NCBI GenBank assembly: GCA_013239625.1
Contig: MU054823.1
Coordinates: 772,305-836,304 of the forward strand
Direction: 5' to 3'
Length of the DNA stretch: 64,000 nucleotides
Origin: Lama guanicoe
Taxonomy: Eukaryota
Below the pieces are notes generated by a model, which did no database searches, had not been told where the DNA came from, and saw only the letters and a list, made by a program, of their open reading frames with translations. Positions 23,601-35,600 of this stretch are shown here, one piece after another (the stretch's first letter is position 1; each line of letters begins with the position of its first letter). A program made the position numbers and the translations under genes.

Positions 23601-26600
23601 GGCTCCAGCCCACCCTGTTCCTGGTGGCTCTCAGGGGCCCGGGGAAGGGCTCCAGCTCCTGCCAGCCCTCTGCATAGTCCCCATGTCCTCCATTCTCTGT
23701 GGCCTCTTTGGTGCCTTCCTCTTGCTGGCTCCTCCCACCTGTGGGTGATGGCAGGCGCTTGGATTGAATGATGGAAACCCTCTTTGACCGAGTTTTGGCT
23801 AAAAAGGGAATTTGCGACAGGATCTCCAAGCAGCTGAGGCAGGAATTACCGCTGAGCTGGGAACGCAGGAGCAGGACGCGGAAGGGACCCAGGCAGAGCT
23901 GTGGGTCTGGGCAGGGTGTGTACCTTAGGTGCGCTGAAAACAGGGTAAAGGAGCAGGGGCGGGTGGGGGCGGAGACCAGCCTCGGACAGCGAGCATCCAG
24001 GCTGGTGGTGGTGGAAGAGCCTGCGTGGAGCCGTGGAGCTGTGTGCCCTGGACAGCTCCCCCGGGAAGCATTGGCAGCACTCCTGGGAAGCGCTGAGCAC
24101 TGTGTGGAAAGCAGATATGCAGTTCTGAACTCCTCGTGCCCTTCCCTTCACAGGCCTAAAATTCCTGCAGTTTTTACCCTGTTGGTGTTTGTGTAGCTGG
24201 GAGGGGCCAGCAGGCCAGTAGGGGTCTGCCGCCCTCCTACTGAGGTGCACTCCTCGCCACAGATGGGAATTCAGTGTCTGCAGTTGGAGGAAAGACCATG
24301 GAGTGGCCTCAGGCCGGCCAGGAGAGTCCACATCAGCCCGGCGGCGGCCTGCATGGGCCGGGAGAGGGCCGAGGCCTCTGGTCCTCGCAGGCAGCCTCTG
24401 GTTCTGGGCAGATCTGTGCCCACTGCAGGAAGGAGGCACAGGTGGGCAGTGGCGCGGGCACACTCGAAAGACCTTGTCCAGTTTGCGGGACGCTGTGGCC
24501 AGGCAGGAGAAGAGCTGCAGGGAGGCCTCAGCGACGGTGTCGACACGTCCCAGTTAGCAGGGTCACGCATGGCCTGGCCACACTCTCTAGCACTGACCGG
24601 CAACCAAAAGGCACTGCCCACAAGGAAAGTCTCTGACGGGAAAGGCGGTAGCAAAGTAAACAGAAACTGAGACTTGGGGGAAGCAGACGGTTTAGAGAGA
24701 AGAAAACAGGCAGGAAAGAAATTGTTCTAACACCCGAGGGAGGTAAGAGAGGGTGCCGTCATGGAGCAGCGTGGTGCTGTGAAGAAGCTGCGCTCAGAGA
24801 ACCAAACCAAGCTTTTGGGAATTAAAAACATGATAGCAAAAATGGAAGACAGAAATGGAGAGGGAAATTGAGGAAATCCTCCAGAAAACAGCAAATATGT
24901 GGAAACAGAGAGAGAGAGAAGAGTTAGCAGGCGAGACCGTGAAGCCAGCATTCAAACAGAACAGCCTGGAAAAGACGAACGGAGAAAGCGGAGACGGGAG
25001 GGTCATAAATAATCCCCACACCTGCCCTCAACAGCGGCTGCTCCGGGTAGAGAGGTGCTCCAAGGAGCCACGCCAGGAGGCTTTGGTGGGGGAGCTGGTC
25101 CAAGAGGAGGCTGAGGGAATAGGATGGCCTTGGCGTCTTCCCAACTCAGGGGAGGGTGCCAGAAGGCCCTGGTGGAAGCCGGCTGAGGGTCTGAGTCCAG
25201 TCCAGATGGTGCTTGAGCTGAAGGATGGAAGATACTTTTTTCTGAGAAGCAAGGATCAGGAAGGGTGTGGCCCCACGTGGCGTGGCCAAGGGAGCCCCAG
25301 GATGTGTGGCAAGAGCTGAGGAGGCTGCATTAGTGACTTGTGCCTGGAGAATACGGGAGACTCGCACCCCAGACCATTATTAAGTCTGGAAACAAAGCGG
25401 CGCTGGAGTGAGTGGGTGGGCTCCGAGCGGCAGGGGCCCAGAAGGCTGGCCGGAAGGAGCTGGCCCCGGCTTTGTGGGGAGTGAGAAGCAGTGCACATGC
25501 GTTAGTTGTCCAGGGAAAGCCAAACTGAGCATTCGCTCCTGGGAGGGACCTGGGCGTGGAACCGACTAAGAACTCAAGCCTGGTAACAGATTCAGGGGTG
25601 GGTTTCTGCTTCTGGACATGAAGTGGCCCATTATCCTGAAAGAGCTTCCTGTGCAAAATACCTAGAAGCCCTGGTCAGTTTGACCAACAGGCTGACCGAA
25701 CAGCTCAAGGAGGCAAAATAGTGGGGCAGACCAGGGTTGTGGGCTGGGGGCACCTGCAGCCGAGATTTTAGCAGCTGAGTGGCAGGGGGACCAGAGCCCC
25801 CCAGACCAGACCCTCTAAGGCCCCATCCTCAGTGAGAGGACGACCGATGACACAAACCCTCGGCCATGGGCTCCAGGAGTAGTTTTTTTCCAAACTTTCT
25901 TTTAAGTTCTCTCTTGAGCACTTGTGACATGGTTGCCCTTCTGTAGATGGAGGCTTAGGGTTTATTCTTCCTGTTAGACTGTGAAACCCATGCTGAGAAA
26001 TTCGCCTGACGAGTGGGCTGGGTTAGAGGTGCGTGGGCTGGTGAGTGGGCCCATCCCGCAGATCTGTAGTCCCTGGGGTCGCCCTGAGGCGGCCTCATGG
26101 CTTGGCCCTGCCTGGTGCTGGGCTCTGGCCTCCGGAGGCCCGGCTCTGAAGCTTGCTGTCTCGGGGACCCCCCCATTTCACCTCAGCACCCCTCCCCTTC
26201 CCTGGCACCCAGTCTTCCTTCCACGCAGGTACTGGGGGCCCACGCCTGCCTGCTCAGCAGCCCTTGGGGAGCATGTGGCCTGCGTGTCTGTCAGGGGGAG
26301 GTGGGCCCAGCCCCTTCTGCCTTACGGCAGACTGGCAGGCTGGGTGAGTGCCTGAGGGCATTTTGGGGAGGTTGGTACCTGTACTGGTTTCCTAGGGCTG
26401 TCGTAACAAAGTACCACAAATTGGGGGGCTTAAAACAATAGTAACGTATTCTCTACAGCTCAGGAGGCCAGGATTCCATGAGTAGGGGGTGACAGGGCTG
26501 TGCGCCCTCTGCAGCTCTGGGGAGAGCCCTTCCAGGCTCCCTGGCGTCTGGAGGTGGCGGTGAACCTCAGTTTCTGGGCTCAAGGCTGCATCGCCGCGGT

Positions 26601-29600
26601 GTCTGCTCCTCTGCACCGTGTGTCTGTCTCTCTAAGGATACGGTCGTGTCGGGTTTAGGTCTCACCCTACCCAGCGGCAACCTCATCTTAACTAACGGCA
26701 TCTGCAAAGACTGTATTTCCAAAAGCCGCGTTCTGAGGTTCTGGGGAAGGCATGAGTCTGGGGGACTCTTCACCCCAGCACAGTTCTGTACTCCCAAGCT
26801 TGGCATCCCATGGGCCGTCGGGGGCTTTAGAAGGTGCAGTGATGCAGAAGTAGGTGCCGCCTGCCAGCCTGTGCAGCAGACACCACTGGGGTCCCTGCAG
26901 CTCTGCAGCACTTCAGCGAGAGCACCCTGGAGTATCTGGCCAACCTGGACCAAGCCCCGGACCCCACGGTCAGGAAGGATGCCTTCGCTGCCGATATCTT
27001 CAGTGCCTATGACATCCTCTTTCACCACTGGCTGCCAAGCCGAGAAGCCAAGGTATGGCCTGCTCGGGAGTCTACCTGCAGGTCCCCACAGAGCAGGGCT
27101 TGTTTTCTGAAGCCTCCCCTGCCCCAGGGCCCCAGTGCTCCCTGGGGGAGGGCCGGGCGTGATGACTTCACACGGGTCACACGTGCCACCCTGGTTTGGA
27201 CGTGAACACCTGTCACTGTCCCCTCTCAGCTGCGGCTGGCTGTGGTGGAGGCCCTGGGGCCCATGAGCCACCTGCTGCCCAGTGCGAAGCTAGAGGAGCA
27301 GCTCCCCAAGCTCCTGCCTGGAGTCCTCGCCCTCTACAAGAAGCATGCTGAGACCGTGCACGTGTCCAAGGTGCGGGGAGCCTGGCGCCCCAGGTGGGGG
27401 CAGCCCTGAGGGGGTCACATTCCTCCCTACCGCCCTGCACTGGACGGGAGCCTGTGAGCCGGGACCACTTGGCCTCCTGGGGCCCCTTTCCTGATCCCTC
27501 CCCTCTCCTCCGAATTCTAGATGCAGAGGTAGGGCTTTCTTATTTAAGCCCCAAGGTGGGGTGTACTCTGGGAGGGTCCCACAGTCAGCCCGGGTGGGGC
27601 TGGGGCCTGAGGGGGACTGACAGCCCCTCTCCTCCCTGCCACGAGCAGAGCCTGGGCCAGATCCTCGAGGCAGCCGTGAACGTGGGCAGCCGCACACTGG
27701 AGGTCCAGCTCGACATTCTCCTGGCCGCTCTGCACACTCAGGTGGGCTGGGGGCGGGCCGGTGTGGACCCCAGGGTGGTGCTGAGGGCTGGTCCAGCCAG
27801 ATGGGGCTGAGGTGGGTGCAGCTCTCCACGATGCCGCCACCTTGTCTGCTCCATGCTGGCTTGTGCAGTGTGACACAGGACACCCCTCCCTAGGCCTAAT
27901 GGGGGCAGGAGCAGGCCGCCAGCAGGGCAGGGGCAGCGTCTGCACTGGGTGTGGGTCCCGAGAGCCCGAGCACAGGCAGAGCAGAGGAGAGGCCCAGGTG
28001 GTCATGAGCAGGACCTGGCGAGGGGAGGGTCCTGAAGTCTCTACCAGAGAAAGGGCTTGGAGGAGGCCCCTCAGCCCTGCAAACCAACGCCCTTCAGGTC
28101 AGATGAGAGGCATGGAGGTCAGGTGGAGGGAACTGTGCGGGGAAGCGGGGGTTACTCTGCAGTTGGTGGGCTGTGGGCTGAGGGTGGGGACGTGCATTCA
28201 GTCCAGGGAACTTTCTGAGGGAGAAGAAGAGCAGAAAACCTACGGGAGCGAGAGCAGGCGGCCCTGCAGGGGCCGGGCTGACTCCTGGGCGCCCCTCACT
28301 CCCCCATCTCTGGGCCTGTGGCTCCTCCTGCACCAGCTGGGATGCCAGCCTGGCCCCACAGACCCCTGGCCCAGCCCTCACCTGCTGCACACACAGACTG
28401 CGCCCCTACTCTTGGTCCCAGCGAGGGGCCGAGGGAGGCCTACAGTAGAGAGATTAAACAGTAATTTAAGTGCGGTGAGCAGTGGCAATGAACTCGAAAA
28501 ATTGTACGAAATGGATAGACTCCTAGAAAAAAATTTTAAATGTCAACATTGGCAGTGAAGAAATAGAAAACTTGACTAAACCAATAAAGAAATGGAAACA
28601 ACATTCCAAGACCTACCTTCCTTAGAACAAACCCAGGACCCATGTGGCTTTAAGGTTGAGTTCTACCAGACTTTCGAGGAACAGCTAATTTCTGTCCCAT
28701 ACAGGTGGGCTTGGAAGTTAGAAAAAGACCCAGAGCCACCTGACTGATTATGTGAGGCTAGTCTTGATTCCAAACCCAAGTCAGGACCCATCCAAGAAGG
28801 TGTGAGAACAATTACGAGGACAGACGTTGGGCCCTGGGACATGGTGAAGCTGACTGACCCCACAGCGTACCCCCACCACTGGGGCACTGGTCCTGCCAGG
28901 GATGGGGGCTGGTTAGCTGCCTTCATCACAGAAACAGATTAGGGAGAATATTCTCTGATCTCAATCGATGCAGAAAAAGCTCTTAATGAAGTCTGACACC
29001 TGTTTATCCTTAAAACTCTTAGCAACTAGCCTTGGAAAGGAACTTCTTTAACTTGAAGTTCGGATACCCAAACCCTCAACATTCATCAGAATGACTGGGA
29101 TGCAGCACGTCCCCTCAGTGTCAAGAGCAGGGGAGCTGCCCTCGGTGTTGATGGCAGCGGGGCAGCTCCTATGAGGAAAGCGGCAGCAGTGGGCCGAGAA
29201 GCGGTGGGGTGGGGGGACCTAAGATGTACGGACCGTCAGGTGTAAAATCAGCTGCAAAGAGGGATTGCACAATGCGGGGATGCAGCCAATTTTGTAAGAA
29301 CTGTAAATGGAATATAACCTTTAAAAATTATACTGTAAATCTGTAACTTACATAATATTGTACATCAAGTATACTTCAATTAACACCCCCCCACAACCCC
29401 CAAACAGAAAGGAAGTGGGAGGAGAGAGGGCAGACCTGTCATTTACCTTTGCCAGCACCTAGCCTCCATCCCCGACTCTGCTTCCCCTTCTCCCAGACTG
29501 GCCGGCCCTGCCCTCCCCTGCGGGCACATGCGCAGCAGGACCTGGGGGCCTTGTCTGTGCACTGCTGAGTCCCAGTGCCTAGAATAGTGTCTCCTGTAAG

Positions 29601-32600
29601 CACTCGAAAGACTTACTTCAAGGACGACTGAGTTACTCATCTGGAAATTCACTCATGTGAACTGAGCCCACTCACAAGCACTCACACTGAGTTTGGCCAG
29701 GTTGCCAGTGACCAACCAGCCTGTGGAAATCCACAGCCCTTTCCTCCACCAGTAGTGACCATGAGAAGGTACAAAAAATGACATCAACAATAGGACATAA
29801 ACTTATTGTGAAGTGTCTGGGAATCAGTCTAACAAAGGATGCCCACGATCTCCACAGAGAAAAAGTGTACAACTGAAGAAAGTGAGAAAAATGAGATAGG
29901 AAGCACAGTGACATCTACTCACTGTAGGAATGACGGCATGACGCCAAAAGCAAGCCGCTGCTGTCTGGGGGCAGAGCGGGGCTGGAGAGCGGGCTTGGAA
30001 GGGACATGCAAACTCGTAAGGGCTGAGAAGGCAGAAAAATGCGATACTTTCTTTTCTTAGAGCTGTCCACATCTCTTCTTTTTCTATCGGATCTTAGGGT
30101 TTTTTTCATATTGGTCTATAGCAGGTTTTTACAGTCTTGTGTCATGTATGTATGAATGTCTAGCCCTACTTTGTCCTTTACTTTGTAGCTCTGTCTATGA
30201 TCTTTGGCCCCCCAGATTATTCCTACATCAACATTTATCCATCTTTTATGCTCTAGTTCAGTCTGTGTTATTTACTTAGAAAAGGCTTTCAAGTTCCACA
30301 GTTTTCAGATTCTCCCATTTTACCCTATACTCTTACTGTTTAATCCATCTGGAATTTATTTTAGGGAAAGAGTAAATGAGGATCCAGTTTTATCTTTTTT
30401 CCAGATGACTCCCCATTTGCATTAGTTATCTGTTGCCATTTAACCAATTACTGCACAACTTAGCACCTTAGGACAGTGGACAGTTGATTATCTTGAAGTC
30501 ACTGTGGAGTCCAGGACCAGCTCAGTCTCCCTCTCAGGGTCAGGCTCATGTGGGCTCCCCTGGCGGGAGGGTCTGCTTTCAAGGCGGCTCCCTCACTGCC
30601 GCTGGTGGGAGGGAGGCCTCCGTTCCTCCCCGGCCCTGCTTGAGTCCTCACAACACGCACTGGCTTCCCCAGGACAGGTGACCCAAGGGAGCAGGCAGGA
30701 AGCAGTGGTGCCTTCTGGGACCAGGTTAGGTCTTTGCCATGGAAATAGCAAGGAGCTGGCTGGGAACCTGGAGCAGAGCCCGGGCCCCCATTCCCCTCAG
30801 CTCCTTCTCTGCTGATCAGGACGGGCAGAGCCCGGGCTAGGGTGAGCCTGTGGTTCCAGGGGCTGCTGGGCACTTTGGGGGTCATGAGATGGGCTGTCCA
30901 AAGAGTCACCTTAGAGCCCTTTGTACGGAGACCCCATGAGTGTCCTTACCTGTGCCCTTGAGGGTTGTGTGTGGCCTGGGATGTTCCCCAGAGCTCAGCA
31001 CCCTGAGTGTCACCTGCTGAGGTGCAGTGGGGCCCAGAGACACATTTGCCAACAGCCTCTGTTCTTGCTTTTTCAGTGCAAGTTTTTCTGTTACAGTTTG
31101 GAACAAATGGATGTAGGCGTTTGGTTTCCAGTCCTGTCTGTATTCGAGAGATGAGTGGGTTCCTGCGTGTGCCCAAGAGTGTAGTGCCCAGGGGGTGGGA
31201 CTCTGTCTCCTTCCTCATGAAGAAGTATCCTGGGAGTCTCTTCTCCTGGCTGCTGGTGGGGCGGAGGTGGGGGTGGGGAGTGGAGAAGGAGCCCGGGCTC
31301 TTTGCCCTTAAGCTGACTTGGAGGCCAGCTGTGTGTGTGCTGCCCCCTCCCCTGACACAATGTGGGGGCGGAGGTCCCTGAAGGGGAGAGCGCTGGAGGC
31401 CGAGGCCGTGCACCCGCCGTGGGGGTGGGGGTGGAAGCCTGGGCTCCCGCCAGTCTGTCTGGGCCCAGCATCTTCCAGAGGGCTGGCCCTCCCCTCCAGC
31501 CCGCTGGGTCCCAGGCAGCCGGCTGGCCTGTGACCACCGCCCTCTGTGCCTGGGCAGGTGTGTGTGCCTGTGGAGTCGTCCAGCCCGCTGGTGATGAACA
31601 ACCAGAAGGAGGTGCTGCGCTGCTTCACGGTGCTGGGTGAGTGGCCAGGGTTGGGGGGAGGCCCTTTGTGTTGTCTGGGGTTCTGCCCGCTGAGGCCTGG
31701 CTGGGCTGCAGCCCCCAGCGTCCGTCCTCCTGGCCGCCGGGGTGTGGAGGCACAGGCGGCCCACGGAGAGGACAGCTTGTCACCAGTAGCTCTGATGAGC
31801 ACTTGCCCTGCAGCTTGCTGCTCACCTGACCGCCTGCTGGCCTTTCTGCTGCCCAAGCTGGACTCCAGCCATGAGAGGACCCGCGTGGGCACCCTGCAGG
31901 TGCTGAGGCACGTCATCTACTCGGCCGGTGAGTGCCTGCGGGGAGCTGAGACGAGAACGCAGATGTGGGCCATCTCTTAGGTGAAAAGGAGCATTGTGCC
32001 CTGAACTCTTGAAGTACTGTTCCCAAATTTCTATTTTGCAAAATTCCAAAGTTTATGAAAAATTGCAATAGTAGGGCTCCTCTGCCTGCCAGCAGGTCCA
32101 TCACAGACGCTGGCTGCGGACACCAGGACGTGGTGCCTTTGCTCCTGGGCCTGGTCATCCCCACTGGGTCGGCGGCTCGGAGCCTTGCAGGCCTGTCCCG
32201 TGGTCTACTCGCCGCCACTCAGCAGGGGGTCTGGTCAGAGGCACACACAGCTTAGTTGTCTCTTGGACACGGACCTTTGGGGTGAGCTGAGGCCGTTCTG
32301 TAGAATGGCCCTCAGTTTCCACATATCTGACGATTTCCTCACAATGAAACGGAAGGATTCAGGTTTTTGCTTTACAGCTCATGTGGTCAGCAGTCAGCGC
32401 GCGCACGCCGCACGCCTGTGCTGGTTCTCCTTGGTGCGTCTGGGGCACTGAGCCGTGGCCAGGGGTGCGCCCAGCCTGAGAGCTGAGGCTGTCTGTGCAG
32501 TTGTAGAAGCAGAGAGGACAGGACAGACCATGCGTGGCCCCAGAAGCCTGAATCTTCTCTGTCCGGCACTTTATGGAACAGCTGGGCAGCTCATGGCTTT

Positions 32601-35600
32601 TGAGGGGTGACAAGGCCGCAGCTTGTCGGGGTCGGGGGAAGACCATACTGGGGGCTGGGCTGTGCGGGGCGCTTGACGTGGATGGGGAGGACAGAAAGTC
32701 AGGCCCAGCAGCCTCTCCCCATACCCGTCGTGTCCACCCCCACCCCCCGCCATCACCAGTGAGGAGGTGAAGGGACAGGCCTGGGGGGCCTGCAGGCGGC
32801 ATGGAGCCCTTGGCAGGCTCAGGACGGGGCAGCCCAGCTGGCGGCGTCTCACTGCCCTGCTGTTTCTGTTGTTAGAGGCGCTAAGCGCGCGCGCACATGT
32901 GTGTTTTCCTCCGTGAGTGCTCCCACTGCAGTGACGTCCCCAAGTCCCCTCTCTTTGCCCACGTTTATGTTTTCCTCTAAGTTGTTTCTCTGGACACTGA
33001 CGTGCATGTCAGTGTCAACGTGCAGAGAACAGGTTGTTTCCTTAACCGGGTGACGTAGTTGAAAGTGCACTTTTTCACTCTCCAGTGCGTCGGGGACTTA
33101 CAGTGTCAGGACATGGAGATCATCGTGTTTTGTCATTTTTGAGCCTATCACACGTACAGAAAACGTACGCCATTTAAAGTTCAGCTCCACATGTGGTCCT
33201 GAGAAGAGCCCTCCATCCACCCACGGCCAGTGCCAACTGGGACCCTACCTTGCCCAGGAGCCACCCTAGGCTCCCCCACGGGGAGGGGCAGTGTCACCAT
33301 TGTGCAGGCTGTGCGCTTGGGACCGCAGGTGTGAAACACTGGACGATTTCCTGCAGTGACCTGTGGGGGTTACCGCACAGTGGGGTTCCCATGCCCTCCT
33401 CCCCATGACATGTCCAGTTGATCAGCCCACTGCAGCCTCTCCTCTCCTGGGGGAGGCTCGCAGCTTTTCCAGTTTGCCGCTACCACGAACATCTTCCCGA
33501 GCGCAGTCTGTTGCATGTGACCAGGGGTGGAGTCTCAGGTCACACGGAGGCACACGTTCCGCTTTGGTAGATGAACCCTTGCGTCCCCGAGAGTAGCCGT
33601 CTACACCCGTCATGCGCGCACCCGAGGCGCTCCTCGACCATTCACTTCAGCGGTGTCGGGGGCTGTGCTGCGGTTGGGCACGCTTGCAAGCATATTTCTC
33701 TTAGAATGAGAACTTCATTGAGAGCTTGTTGATGTATCAGAAGTCCTTAAACATTTTTATTTCCTTGATGACAACCAGAGTTTTTTTGTTTTTTCAAATT
33801 TATTGAGATATAATTGACATACAATGTTGCGTGAGTTTATTTTTTATTTTAAAAAATTTTTTATTGAAGTATAATCATTTATAATCAATGTTGCGTTAGT
33901 TTCTGGCATACAGTATAGTGATTCAGTTGTACATACGTATTTATTTTTTCATATTCCTTTCCATTATAGGCCATTACAAGGTATTGGATATAGTTCCCTG
34001 TGCTGTAGGACTTTGTTGCTTATCTATTTTTTTATTTTTAACTTTTATTTTACTTTTTATTTTTACGTTTTTTGGCGGCGGGGGGTGAGGTAATTAGGTC
34101 TATTTATTTATTTTAGAGGAGGTACTGGGGATTGAACTCAGGACCTTCTGCCTGCTAAGCATGCGCTCTGCCACTTGAGCTATACCCTCCCCCCATCTAT
34201 TTTATGCAGAGTGGTTAGTATCTGCAAATCCCAAGCTCCCAATTTAATGTGGTGGAACTTCAGGGCATACTACTGGATGGACGGCACAGCCTCTTCCCTG
34301 GCTGGGGTGGCCGAGATCAGGACCTCCTCTCCCCACTGCAGGCCTTCCTCACCACAGGAGCACCTGCGTCCCAAATGCCAGCCGTGTGGGAGGCACTGCC
34401 ATGTGTCTGAGCTCCTGCCGGCTCTGGGCACCTGTTGGAAGGCCCTGCCACTGTCTGTCCCAGAGGCGAGGACAGGAGGCCAGCTGAGGTTCAGGAGTAC
34501 CCCTGCCTCGACCAGCATGAGGGGCGGATCTGGGATGCAAACCCAGGTCGGAGTGAACCAGAGCCCCACTGCTTTGAAAAGTCCTCAAACTTTGAGTGAA
34601 AATGTCATAACATGATGAAAATGTAGGGCCCTGGTTGGGTTCCCACAGGTCCCAGAGGAGAGCGTGTCCCTCTGCACTGGAGTCCAGGGAGCATGTCTTG
34701 TGCCAGGTGGACAGCACACCTTCCCAGTCAAGTCAGTTGTGTACAAAGTGCCTGCCTCTTGTTTTCTCCCCGTGGATGTCTTTCTGTGTTGCTTTCTTGT
34801 CTTCTGGTGTCAGCCATTGTTACTGAAGAATCTGACGACAACCTGAACTTCCTTGTACAGGTTTGGTCTTTTTCGCTTGGATGCCCAAAGGAATTTTAAT
34901 TTTTTATTCTAAATCCAGGAATTTTAATGACTCTGTTGGCTGCTCTGAGGTGATAACTTTTCCTCAAGAATGTGGAGGGACCTTTCATGTGTAATTTCCA
35001 AACTTAGTTTATCTCAGGAATTTTTTTTTAAATTACAGTATTTCAATTTTCCACTGTTTCAGAATTCTTCTTTGGAACTCTCTGTTATATGTGTGTTGCT
35101 TCATCTTTGCCTGTCTGCTCTACTTTTAAAATCAAATCTTTTAAAGCTTTTTGGCCTCCAGTCATCTTTTCCCCCCAGAGTTTCATTTTCTAGGGCTGAG
35201 GATAAATTACATTCGGTAGAATGCACAAATCTTGAATGTCCAACCTGGTGACATACACATTGTTCACCCATGTGACCATTACTGAAATCAAAATGTGAAG
35301 GAAAAAAAATCCCCAAAGTTTCCCTGTACTTATTCTCAGTCACTCCATCCTAAGAAGTAACTATTTTTCTGACTCCTGTCACAATAAATTAATCCTGCCT
35401 GTTCTTGAATCTCACGTGAGTGAGTTCGCTGTGGTAGGTAGTCTCTCTGTCTGCCTTCTCTTCCTTCCATAAAGTCTTTGACGTTCATATGTGTTATGTG
35501 CATTAGTTCATCCTTTGTTGTTGCTGAGCTGTATTCCACTATGTTTTGTGAAAAAATGTTCACTTTCCTGTTAACGGACATGGGATTGCTCCCAGGTCTG

